A stretch of 64,000 nucleotides of DNA from Octopus sinensis (Eukaryota). The translations under genes and the position numbers were made by a program. The notes beneath the pieces are model-generated. The model worked only from the letters and a program-made list of their open reading frames with translations. It did no database searches and had not been told where the DNA came from. Below, piece by piece: positions 34,999 through 47,099 of the stretch; within the stretch, counting starts at the first letter, position 1, and every line of letters starts with the position of its first letter. Where the stretch lies: contig NC_043014.1 in the NCBI RefSeq assembly GCF_006345805.1, positions 35,898,001 to 35,962,000 of the forward strand, in the 5' to 3' direction.

Positions 34999-35385
34999 CT
35001 TTACTCTTTTACTCGTTTCAGTCATTTGACTGCGGCCATGCTGGAGCACCGCCTTTAGTCGAGCAAATCGACCCCAGGACTTATTCTTTGTAAGCCCAGT
35101 ACTTATTCTATCGGTCTCTTTTGCCGAACCGCTAAGTGACGGGGACGTAAACATTCCAGCATCGGTTGTCAAGCGATGTTGGGGGTTCAACCACAAACAC
35201 ATATACATACATATACATATATACGACAGGCTTCTTTCAGTTTCCGTCTACCAAATCCACTCACAAGGCATTGGTCGGCCCGGGGCTATAGCAGAGGACA
35301 CTTGCCCAAGATGCCACGCAGTAGGACTGAACCCGGAACCTTGTGGTTGGTTAGCACGCTACTTACCACACAGCCACTCCTGCGC
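34999..35385 (-). mobile_element. SINE family A
   Basis: Full-length reverse copy. Confidence 0.9.
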
Positions 35386-36611
35386 AAAATTTGAAATATT
35401 TTCAGCGACTGGAAAGAATTTAACAAGATTCCCAATTACATATATATTTTAGAATGTGGGATAAAATAGAACGATGAAAAATACCGAGACAAAAAAAAAA
35501 AAACGCACCAAAAGATTCTTTTTCATTTGTGATAGCTATTCCGTAATTCTGCCAGGAAAGCGTTAGAATGTAGTGCTATTAGGTTCGTAATCGATTGTCA
35601 GCAGAAGAGATCGGTAACATCTTCCCGTTGTTAATGTGGAGAAGGAGGTGGGGTCAGCTTGATGTAACAGTGAGTAATAGGAATATTTTCTTCTGGCTGA
35701 TAATATCACTACCGAAAATAGCCTGTCTGTGACGTTAGAGAAAAAAAAAAAACTTAGGGTGATATTTTGTTATTTGGAAAATTGTTTTACAGGAGCTGCC
35801 TTCATTTCACGTTCTTTATTGCTTGAAGTAATGCCTTAAATAACGATAGAATAATAAATAAAGCATGACTATTGTGATGTGATGATTTCAATCAGTTGTT
35901 TCCTTCAGAAAATCTCCTTGCTTTACTTACCGTTGGGTAACACCAAAATTTAGCATATCACACCTTTCAGAATTGTCCGACAGCATATAATGTTTTCTCT
36001 CCACCCCGTCTCTCTTTATTTTTTCCGTCTCCTCTTCCTCCTCCTTCGCTCTCTCTTCAAGTAGAGGACTCTCAGAGACAAAGTAAAAAGCCAGCATTAT
36101 TCAACAACATTTAACGAATTAATCTTAGCAGCCTTAGATAGCTTACGATATCCATGGGCACTGCCCCTAATACTTTCTATTGCAGGCATAGGACCAACAA
36201 TTACATCGACCATAGTACTTGACTGGTACCTCATCTCACCAACCCTGAGAGGATAAAAGGCAATTTCAAAACGTAGAGCTAAGAGAAATGCCGCTAAGCA
36301 TTTTGTCCGACGTGCAGAAGTTTCTGCCAGCTCCCCGCCTTTATAATTATTGTAATGATAATCCTTTCTTATTTTAGAATGAGACCAGCAATTTTGAAAA
36401 GTGTGGCAAGTCGACTATATTGACTCCAGTGCTCAACTGGTACAAATTTTATTGACCTCGAAAATTTGAAAGCCAAAGTCGAGTTCTGCAGCATTTGAAC
36501 TCAGAACGTAAAGCACGAAGAAATGCTAAGCATTTTGTGCGACGCGCTAACGAATCTTTCAGCTCACCGCCTTGATGATGATTATGATGATGATAAAAAT
36601 AATAATAATAA

Positions 36612-36972
36612 GAGAGCGCAAGCCTCCGTCAAGGCAACACCAACGCCCTCTCAACGATTAGCTGGAGATGTTTTTTTCAAATGAGAATATCTGAAATAAA
36701 CTCGACTGCTCCCACAAACGAGAATACTAAAAATGAATCCAACAGCTCTCGAAAATTAAATAAAAAGATCGGAAAAATAATCCAGAATCCTTGTTCGGTA
36801 TCGGATCAATCCCAAAATCTCATCAGTTCATGCCAGTCATGAGGCCAAACATCCTTGAAAGTTTCATCTGAATCCATCCAGCGACTCTTGAGATATCTTG
36901 TCCACGGACAAGCAAATAAACAAATGCGACTGAAAACAATACCTCCGCCTTTACTAAGGCGGAGGTATTGTT
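36612..36972. mobile_element. Possible Helentron/HINE-like non-autonomous element ending in a perfect hairpin
   Basis: 17-bp perfect stem aacaatacctccgcctt/aaggcggaggtattgtt with 4-nt loop at 36935-36972; class assignment is from remembered similarity only. Confidence 0.4.
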
Positions 36973-36979
36973 GTTTATC

Positions 36980-38110
36980 ATTATAATGATAATGGAGTTT
37001 GAACTCTCAAAATGTGCTATGATGGTGATGAGACGAGGAAAGCTAGTCATGACAGAAGGCATATGTATGCCAAGTTATGAAATGGTAAATACAATTGAAC
37101 CTGAATGGAGGAAGGAGACTGATAAGTGTGGAAGACTGCGTACGTATCGAACTCGGGAGCTTACTGAGATACCTATCCCAAAGTAAGGAAACCTAGCTAG
37201 TGTCAGTTGGAAATGAGGGAGAATTGAAAACAGAGAAAAAGAAAAATAACAAAGCAAAACGTACAAAAAGGACATGCGGAAGCATTATGCAACAAAGGAC
37301 TACACAATTAATTTTATGTAGTCACAAATGAATGTTGCTGGAAAACAAGTGAGATTGGCTGAAGAAAGAGACCGAGAGCATCATACTGGCAACACATGAC
37401 CAAGCTTTGGCCACAAATTGGAGGACCAGCCTTAAGAATGAGCAAGTGTCTCCACCGTGCCGCACTCGTAATAGAGTGGACGAAACCATTGCTCACATTG
37501 CAAACGAATGCTCTAGACTTACCCAAACCCATTACAAAGTGTGGCGACACAATGAGGTACCGAAAGTGCTACATTGGAAATTGTGCGAAAGGTGGGGGTC
37601 TAGAGAAAGGTAAAACGTGGTATGAGCACAAACCACAGAGTGGCGGAGTAGAAAACTTGCAAAATCCTGTGGGATTTCCCAATCCAAACATATAATGTAC
37701 TAGAGCTTAACAGATTGGCACTAGTGATGGTGGACAAGACGCACCATATAGTTGCATATAGTGCTATATAGTTGAAGTTGTGTGACCCTTAGACCCCCCA
37801 AAAAATAGATATATACACGATTCTCTTAAGTACGAAATAGTCCGGCTATGGAAAATGAAGGTGAAGATAGTGCTAATTATTGTTGGGTCCTCGGGGATAG
37901 TATCAGAAGGCATCAAAATGGATATAAAGGAGATCAAAATAGACTGCCCAAAAAGTTTTGCCTTCTTGGTACGACCAAAACAATTTAGATAGTACTAGAT
38001 AGTTGAAAAGAACAGATAGCATGGTACAGTAGGCTGTGCAGGCAGCAAGCCCGCTACGTATGCAAGACTATGAATTCCAACAAAGCCTGAGTTAATAATA
38101 ATAATAATCT
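36980..38110 (+). mobile_element. R4/Dong-clade non-LTR 3' part (end of RT, CCHC finger, RLE nuclease) with (TAA)n tail
   Basis: MEFELSKCA; GGRRLISVEDCV; KETESIILA..DQAL..CR....ETIAHIANEC...RHN; ILWDFPIQT; tail taataataataataat at 38094-38108. Confidence 0.85.
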
Positions 38111-38479
38111 TTATTACTAAAGGCACAAGGCCGACATCTTGCTGGATTGACAACGTGTGGGACAGCCTGCTTCAACTAAATGATGAAAGACCTCTTTGAG
38201 CCACGTGAATAGCCTATCTAGAGATGGTGTCTCATCAAAAACATTAGTTTCTATTGGACCTTATTCACAAACTCCTTTTGTTTTTATGGCAGAATCTTTA
38301 TCAGATAGGTTGTCGCTCAAGTGAACAAGAGCCGCGTCACCCTGGGGGGAGGGGGGAGGAAAACCAGTCAGCGAGATCACAAAGTTTCCTACTGGTTCAA
38401 ACCTTCAAAGAAGTATGAGACTTGAGGTCTCCCACAACAAGACAAATCTTTCTGAATGCGCTCCGTGCCCAACACCAGA

Positions 38480-38585
38480 AACTACCAATCAAATTACGGA
38501 CCTCCGTAATGCTATGATGGACTGTGAAGTCTGGCGTGACATAGTAAATTCCATTGTCTCGACCACGGTCGAACAATGATGATGA
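38480..38585 (+). mobile_element. RTE LINE 3' end fragment
   Basis: LRNAMMDCEVWRDIVNSIVSTTVEQ followed by tgatgatga. Confidence 0.55.
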
Positions 38586-38677
38586 CCAATCAAATCAAAA
38601 GACGGAAATAGTACTGAGAAGACAAACAGGTTATTAAGATTTATTACACGGAAGTTTCAAATACTGAATTAACATAA

Positions 38678-39115
38678 TAGGCGCAAGAGTGACTGTGTGG
38701 TAAGTAGCTGGCTTACGAACAACATGGTTCCGGGTTCAGGCCCACTGCGTATAGACACAGGAGTGGCTGTGTGGTAAGTAGCTTGCTTACCAACTACATG
38801 GTTCCAGGTTCAGTCTCACTGCGTAACACCTTAGGCAAGTGTCTTCTACTATAGTCTCAGGCCGACCAATGCCTTGTGAGTGGATTTGGTAGACGGAAAC
38901 TGAAAGAAGCCCGTCGTATATATGTGTGTGTGTTTGAACCCCAACATCGCTTGACAACCGCTGCTAGTGTGTTTATGTCCCCGTCACTTATCGGTTCGGC
39001 AAAAGAGACCGATAGAATAAGTACTAGGCTTACAAAGAATAAGTCGATTTGCTCGACTAAAGGCGGTGTTCCAGCATGGCCGCAGTAAGATGACTGAAAC
39101 AAGTAAAAGAGTAAA
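38678..39115 (+). mobile_element. SINE family A with a duplicated tRNA head
   Basis: Head fragment 38678-38750, then a full copy from about 38752; aaatactgaatt at 38659-38670 and 39117-39128 flanks both. Confidence 0.85.
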
Positions 39116-39139
39116 AAAATACTGAATTTTGTGAGAAAA

Positions 39140-39950
39140 TTATTCCAGACATTAGACCAATATAACAGTTAAAAACCTGTAAATGCACCAAGAAACATTA
39201 TAAAACAAAAACTGTTGACAGACATTGACCAAATAAAAGAAAATATAAAATCAGGATTGAGAAACAACCCAGTGAATGAATACAGCTCACAAATGAACAG
39301 ACAAAAACTATGTCAGTCATACAAGAAAAAATGTTTACATGACTAAGTAAATATGAGACACAATCAGAAATAATCTAACAGGTGAGCAAACTATTGCAGG
39401 TGGATATACTAAAGAGATTACCAACAATTTATCAGAAATAAATAACGCTGATAAAATGACAAGCGATTGAGTCAGGGACAACTTGAAGAGCAAGTAATTG
39501 CTGAATGGATCAAAGTCCAAAATATGAACTTTCTGCTCCCCCAAAACGATGAAACAAACCAAGAAAAAAACTTCAGAACTACAGACCCATAATATGCTTT
39601 ACAACAATGTACAAGATCCTTATATCTGTCCTAAAAGAACGCACAGAGACTGAGGGGCATATCACTACTGCTCAGGATTTGTCCCTTCTAGGTAGGAATT
39701 ACCAGAGTAATGTCCTGAAACATAAAAGGAGCCGATCTTGCTGCATTTGTGGAGATCATCCAGAGACAATCGGCCACATAATCTCTGGATGCAACTGACT
39801 GGCACCAACAAAATACTTCCTCAGACATGACAGAGAAGCTCAGTAAATAAACTAGTCAATATGTCTCACATACAAATTTTCTCACTGCAGTAAGTGGTGC
39901 GAACACAAGCCATCACAAGTTGTGCAGAAAGCAGATAATATAATATAATG
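39140..39950 (+). mobile_element. Internally deleted R4/Dong-clade fragment
   Basis: RT start ...MYKILISVLKERT joined directly to ETEGHITTAQD...CCICGDHPETIGHIISGC...RHD...KWCEHKP. Confidence 0.75.
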
Positions 39951-40094
39951 AAATTATTGTATACAGTGCTCAGGTGCACCACAACTTGTCAGAAAGTGCG
40001 TATAAAGTATATGCAGTAATGTACAAATGTCTGGAAACCGAACAATGTATGAGTCAGATACATGCTTGTGTGTGTATGGGGGGGGGGGGGAGAG

Positions 40095-40290
40095 AAAATC
40101 AGGTGTAGTGTTGGCGAATCTCAAGAAGCATGGAAGTTTTGAAGGATGCAGTGCTCTGACAACTAACAACTGATGCTGGCAGTTTGTTCCATGCTTCAGC
40201 AACTCTCAGCGTGAAAAAATGTTTCCTAAAGTCATGGGAGCTGTGCTGTTTTCTGACTTTGTAAATATGTCCACGGGTGTTAGACGGATG
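40095..40290 (-). mobile_element. CR1-type LINE 3' end
   Basis: Minus strand HPSNTRGHIYKVRKQHSSHDFRKHFFTLRVAEAWNKLPASVV, the canonical CR1 C-terminus. Confidence 0.85.
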
Positions 40291-40699
40291 CTTGCCATCC
40301 TTTGGAATTTCAATGTTTAGACTGAGAAATGTAGGCTAACCGACCTGATATCATTGTAAAAAATCGTATTTAAAAAAGACTTGTCTTCTGATTGATGTTG
40401 TGACCTCAGCTGACATTAGCACAGCTCTGAAAACGTTTGAGAATCTGAGTAACTTGGAGGTTGAACTCAGAAGACTGTGGCATCTCAAAGCAACAACATT
40501 ATCCATTGTTATTGTGGCATTTTGAATATATTTATTAGGAATTAGTTGATGATTAATTCCGTTGCTACCCAGAGTTTTGCACCACGTGCATTCAGTCAGG
40601 AGGCATTAAAGTGAATGGTTTTGTTGGTAAGACATTGGAAAAGTTGATTCACATTAGTCAAAAGAAAACAGGTGATGGTTTGTATTGTCAGTTTGTTTA

Positions 40700-41960
40700 T
40701 CAATTTGTTTTTGCTGCTGCTAGAATTGCGTAGGGAAGAACACTTCGTTTTAATCAATAGCTTCTAGTGTGGTGGTGGGCTACCCAACATCGATCTGGTG
40801 TGAAGACTTTGATGGCTACAGAGATTCAGCGAGTTTACCAGACAAGTAGATAGCATCATAAATATTTTAATTGATATTGCTGTTGCTGACTGTTTCAAAA
40901 TTCAGAATTTCTCAGTCAAGCACAAACTACAATTTCCAGCCCCATTAGTGTAGGGGTAGCCCTATTCACAATATACCAGGTAGTTCCTTAGTTTCCCAAA
41001 ATAATTGGGAGAGATAGAGTTATTTCTCTCTGATCAGAATGATTGTATATGTCGGTTATATCGATTTTTAAAGCTAGTTTCCAGCTAGTCTCGTATCATT
41101 CATCCCAATGTATCACCAGGTGTTGCGACTGCTCTATATATCAGACTCTAAGAGCAGGACTATTCCCCGAATAGGAAGTTTGAGGGGCTTTCACAGGTTT
41201 GTTGGGGTAGGGGCTGTCTCGATGAGCGTTTTAGAGTAAGGTGAGAAATCTGGACAGTGGTGCCGTTAGATGTAGTCTTCAATGTTATTGTACTGAAAGG
41301 CTTGTGGTATTTATATGTATTTAGGAAATGGCATTTTACTAGGGATAAACACTAATGTTGGTGACAACATTCATGTTGTATGGGGGATTGAATGAAATTA
41401 TTTGCCTTTCAAAGGTTACTTTTGTTGTATGCCTGTGGTTCGTGGTAGTTTCTCATTAAAGCCACTTCTTGTATGTCATTATAACAGGGGTATCCTTGTC
41501 TAAAGATTGGAAATTTCTAACATCTTCCACATCTTTAATTATGAGTGGAATGCAACGCCTGTTAATGAATACAGTTTTCTTATTTTGCTTTCTGTAAAAG
41601 CGATGTCTACCTGTGGTTAAATCTAGTATAATGTATAAAAAGGAAGCTATTGTTAGGCATGTTACAATGGTGATATTTAAATTCAATTAAATTATTTGAA
41701 TGTTTCAATTGGCTCTTTTCTAATTCTGTCATGGTGTTGTCGTTCATGTGGCATCAAATTATTAAGCCATCATCTCTGTACATTCTCCGGGACAATGAAA
41801 AATGAGCGTTAATTTCCTGAAGATGTTTTGGATGAGTAATCCAAAACCTGAACAGGTTTACACCCTACATAAGAAAGTAGGGTATAATCTAAGGGAAGTT
41901 GGCAGTTATTTCTAAAAAATCCAATGATCACATAGGGGGCCCATGTTGGTTGAGATAGTG
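40700..41960 (-). mobile_element. Decayed Penelope-like element (RT C-terminal half plus GIY-YIG region)
   Basis: Minus strand YRDDGL, ITIVT...FL..LDLTTG, FNPPYNMNVVTNI and C.LCLTEK motifs with many lesions. Confidence 0.75.
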
Positions 41961-42107
41961 TGAATGGGGTGGGGGTGACTACAACTAAGTGTAGTTATTG
42001 TCTTTACTTTATATTCAATACATACAACTCTCCGTTCTCCAAAAATAAAATCAAATTTAGAAAAAGACAAAAAAAAGCTTTGATATATATAGCAGGCGTG
42101 ACAGAGT

Positions 42108-42425
42108 AAGTATCTTCTACTATAGCTTCAGGCTGACCAAAGCCTTGTGAATGGATTTGGTAGATGGAAACTGAAAGAAGCCTATTGTATGTGTGTGTGA
42201 GTGTATGTTTTTGTGTCTGTTTGTCCCCCACCACCACTTGACAACCGGTGTTGGTATGTTTACACCCCTGTAATATAGTGGTTCAGCAAAAGAGACCAAT
42301 AGAAAGCATCAGGCTTTAAAGAAAAAAAAAGAGGAAGTACTGGGGGTCAATCCATTTGACATCAAATTTCTCAAGGTGATGCCTTAGCATGGTTGAAGTC
42401 TAATGACTAAAAGAAGTAAAAAGAA
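42108..42425 (+). mobile_element. Old SINE family A, head missing
   Basis: gaccaaagccttgtgaatggatttggtagatggaaactgaaagaagcc... through a diverged tail. Confidence 0.75.
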
Positions 42426-42789
42426 AAAAAGGATAAAATATATGATAAAATCAGAAGCGAAATTAAAAACAACAAACATAAATACAAAAATACATTGTAT
42501 ATAAAAGAAGCAATATATATTAAAAAAAAAAATTATAAAGAAGAAATAAGCAATTTTTTTCCAGATGTTTTTGTTACAAATTTAATTTCTTTTTTTTTAC
42601 TAAAAATTATTACAATACAATTGTTATCACCATCGTTTATGTTAAAAAATATGATAAAAAATAGTTATATTTAGGGATGGTAATTTTTTTATTTTTTATT
42701 TTTTTGCCAAATAACCACAAGAACTATATACTTGCACTTCAGTTCAGCTTTAATATAATTCCTATTTTAATGTCCTTTGTCTGACATCC

Positions 42790-42910
42790 TGTGACTTCTT
42801 CAGTGACTCTCCATCACATATTCTGTGACTCTTCAGTGACTCTCCATCACATATTCTGTGACTCTTCATCATATATTCTGTGACTTCTTCAGTGACTCTC
42901 CATTCCACAT
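42790..42910. repeat. 33-bp minisatellite, about 3.5 copies
   Basis: tgtgactcttcagtgactctccatcacatattc repeated, with one internally deleted unit. Confidence 0.9.
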
Positions 42911-42944
42911 GTCTCCTGTTCTGTTTAGTTCATTAGAATGGACT

Positions 42945-43325
42945 CCAAAAATTCTCAACGGAGGGGCACATAGTCCCCCACACAAGGGGTCCATTTGGAG
43001 ATCGAGGAGGACATTTTAGAGCTAAGGGGCTTTCTTGTACCAAACAGCACACTTTCAATAGACAACAAGTTGATGTTGCATGGTAGAAATAAAGACAATT
43101 ACCAAACTCTCAATTTTTTGTATTTCAATTTGTACATCTGTACTCCCGATTGCATACAAGCGCATATGTAAAACGACGTCCTTTATTTTTTGAATCATTA
43201 TCTGCTGATATCAAAATAAGTAGTATATTGAAAAATAAAAATATTTTCGTGGGGTGGGGGCATTTGTGACTCCAAAAGTCAAAAGGGGGCCTCTGGTCAA
43301 AATAGATTCAGAACTTTTGGACTAA
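42945..43325. mobile_element. Old MITE with short TIRs (possibly hAT)
   Basis: tccaaaaattctcaa at the left versus ttcagaacttttgga at the right. Confidence 0.35.
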
Positions 43326-43447
43326 ACAAAACAGAAATCCATTAAAATGGACTAAGCAGAACAGGAGGAGTCACATGGGATGGAGAGACATGTGGGATGA
43401 AGAGATCACAGGATGTGTGATAAAAGATTTCAGACGAAGGATACCAA

Positions 43448-43480
<33 letters not shown>

Positions 43481-44344
43481 TCAACATACAACTTCACATC
43501 AGGAATTTTGCAAAGCAAAATATAAATGTAAAAACAAAAATACAAATTCACGAAAATAAAATCCTCCCTCTACCCCCCACCCCCGTCAATATTAAAAAGT
43601 AAAAGTTGGGGGAGCAATATGTAAATATCAAATGGAATGCTTCTGTGGATGGAGGGAAGAAGGAGTGGATAAAGAAGCAGAATAACTGGACAGATACACA
43701 GTTACTCAAATGTGCCCATCCCACATGAAAGAAAAAAAAACACTAAAAAATTAAAATAAAATATAAAAATTCAGAAATTTGCACAAATGCAGCAAGGGTA
43801 AGCAAATAAATGAATACAGGGTCTAGTGAACTAAAGGCTAACAGTAAAGAGAAAAAAGGACAAATTTTTGCCCTTCGGTGTATCTTCATCTGTATAAGTA
43901 GATAGATAGACAAACAGACAGATGAACAAATAGATCAATACACAATTAGATATACAACAATAATACAAAAAAAGATGGGAAGGTCAGCTATAGAGCGTCT
44001 TTCATGAAAAGTCTGCTTCATCAAGACTGACTTGGTGTAAAACAAAAATATACAAACACTATTTATATATTTATATATATATATATATATATTTTTTTTT
44101 TTTGTTGATGTTGCAAGAATTCTATAAGCTTTCAGAAAAGCATGAATCCTTCTTTGGAAGATCTTGAAGCACACACATAAAGCAGTAAATTTTAATGTAA
44201 ATATTTACATGGTATTATTCATAGCATTATGCATGTGTTTTGAGATATTTCAAATATATATATATATATATATATATACATAGAAGAGGATGTGTGGCAT
44301 TCAATCATATAATATGTATATATATATATATATATATATGATAA

Positions 44345-44500
44345 ACGACCATTTGGAAGGCCTCCACGATGGTGGAGTTACAATTTCAGGAGGGTGATTG
44401 GGATCACATGGATGAGAAAGGCGCGATCCAGAGAGGAGTGGACAGCATGCTGTGACCAGCGGTATCAAATGGACGCCCGACGGACTGGACAGTCAAGGTG
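44345..44500 (+). mobile_element. RTE LINE 3' end fragment
   Basis: RPFGRPP.RW...W......REEW..CCDQR...DA..TGQSR-like terminus. Confidence 0.55.
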
Positions 44501-44527
44501 ATATATATATAAATCTATATCTGTCTG

Positions 44528-44558
<31 letters not shown>

Positions 44559-45494
44559 ATGTGTGGGTGTGTATATATGTGTTAATATATGTTTCACAAC
44601 CATTTTCCTTCCCATGCTCAAATATGTTGAAAATATTTTTAACTACATTCACTGTCACTAGAGCTCATATGTGGATGATGCACTTACCAACTGTTTACTA
44701 TTTAATCATGAACAAGGGAGTGGAATAGGCTTCCATTTACAAGTATAGTCAATTGAAGTTCAGGAGTTTATGGCACATATATATGTTTATATATCTGTCT
44801 ACACATTTATGTATACATAGACATATATGAGGTTGCAAAGAATAAAGAAGAAACATACCTCCAGGATATAATATTATATATAAGTGTATGCATAAAATTG
44901 AAGAGAATAGTGGCGTGTGAGCGTAATAAAATGTATAACAAAATCATTTGAAAAATATGTTGCAATACAGTAAAACTCAAAAAATATTTCAAAAAGTGTC
45001 AGTGGAATGATATGAAGTAAATGAAAAACAATTATAAAAAAAAAAAAAAAAAAAAGAAAGAAACAAATAGTGATTTCTACTTCTGCATTGCATTTCTGCC
45101 CCTGCATTTTGTCCAAGGGTTTTTCAGTCGATTATATAAACCCCAATAATTCACAGGTACTTATTTTATCAACACTGAAAGGATGGAATGTAAAGTTGAC
45201 TTTAGTGGCATTTGAACAAGAATTGCAGCTACCTCATGGAGTTTATTTTACTGCTCTTCTGGACCAGTCAATACAGATTCAAATACAAAATTTTTTAAAA
45301 TAATCAAAAATTATAGAAAATACCGTCACCAAAATTTTACTACTTTATTTTTTTTATCGTTTAAAATTTTTCTTTTAATATGAAAATATAAACAAATTAT
45401 GCTTGTATTTTATTTAGTGTATATTTAGCAATTCTCTTCTTAACACTGATGCTGTGTGAATTTGTGTGCATGTAAATGTATGTGCATATATATC

Positions 45495-46085
45495 CTTTTA
45501 TTCTTCAACTTGTTTCAGTCATTTGACTGTGGTCATGCTGGAGCACTGCCTTGAAGGGTTTTAATTGACCTCCAAGACTTATTTTTTAAAGCGTAATACT
45601 TATTCTATTGGTCTTTTTGCCAAACTGCTAAGTTGCAGGGAAGTAAACACATCAATACCAATTGTCAAGTGGTGAGGGCAAATACAGACAAACACATACA
45701 TACACACACACACACATCCAACCATCTTCTTTCAGTTTCCATCTACCAAATCCACCCACAAGGCTTTGGTTGGCCTGAGGCTATAATAGAAGACACTTGC
45801 CCAAGGTACCATGCAGTGGGACTGAACCCAGAACCAAGTGGTTAGGAAACAAGCTTCTAACCACACAGCCATGCTTGCATGCACACACACACACACACGA
45901 CAGGCTTCTTTCAGTTTCCCTCAACCAAATCCACTCACAAGGCTTTGGTTGGCCTGAGGCTATAATAGAAGACACTTGCCCAAGGTGCCCCGCAGTGGGA
46001 CTGAACCCAGAACCAAGTGGTTAGGAAGTAAGCTTCTTACCACACAGCCATGCTTGCATGCACGCACGCACGCGCACACACACAC
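45495..46085 (-). mobile_element. Old SINE family A with tandem duplication of its head half
   Basis: 45727-45900 and 45905-46085 share private variants (ggttggcctgaggctataataga, agaaccaagtggttaggaa, ccatgcttgcatgca). Confidence 0.85.
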
Positions 46086-46341
46086 ATATATATTGTAAAA
46101 CTATTAGATTCTCAGAAATTGTATTGATATATTGATATTAACATTAACACTTGATTTTTTTATTTTGTAAATTCTTTTTTCATTTTCTTATCCACTACAA
46201 ACTATGTACACACACATATATATAGCTTACTTTTCTGTTAATGTAAGATCAACAAAAAAGTACTCCATCCAGAAAGAGAGAAATATTATTTAATGTACAT
46301 AGGATATAGTTATGAGCCACTTATAGTTTCATGCACTGGAG

Positions 46342-46548
46342 ATGTAGTCAAGGCAAGTTTTAATAACATGCCTTGTTTCTCCAAGAGATCTTCAGGCTCT
46401 GAGCACATGGCCTGTGCAATTTACAAATTAGTATGCTAGCACAAGCATCCTGATTTGTAAACTGTACACAGTTTACAAATTGGGTGCTTAGAGCCTGAAG
46501 ATTGCTTGAAGACACAAGGAATGTTATTAAATCTTGCTTAGACTACAT
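46342..46548. mobile_element. Palindromic MITE-like element
   Basis: atgtagtcaaggcaag...cttcaggctctgagcac mirrored by gtgcttagagcctgaag...cttgcttagactacat; central atttgtaaactgt-ac-acagtttacaaat. Confidence 0.85.
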
Positions 46549-46662
46549 TTCTAATGTATGAAGCTATTAGCAGCTTGTAACTGTACACTGTGTACACTAA
46601 ATAATATATATATATATACACATACAAACATAGATACATACCCATGTATATTTGCATAGCAG

Positions 46663-46705
<43 letters not shown>

Positions 46706-47055
46706 TAATATCTTCTGTTGATAACATTAAAACAATATCTAAAGACTAAAAAAACCATACTTTTAAATATGAAACTTCTGCAAGAAGTTGAAACCATTGA
46801 TAGCGATACATTTGGTTAAAATATCAATGCTTGTAGCAGTATATATATATATATATATTGCAGTATATATAATTAGTGGTAACAGTAGTAGTACATAATA
46901 TTAACACTGGATTTTCTTTTAACCTCTGAGATGATTCAGTTTCTTGTTGTTTTTTCCTTATTTTTATTAATATTATTGATGATGTTGTTATTCATGGTTC
47001 TGAAAATAAAGAATATTTGGCTATGTGTTTCAAATGAACTAATGTAAATGTGTGT

Positions 47056-47099
<44 letters not shown>

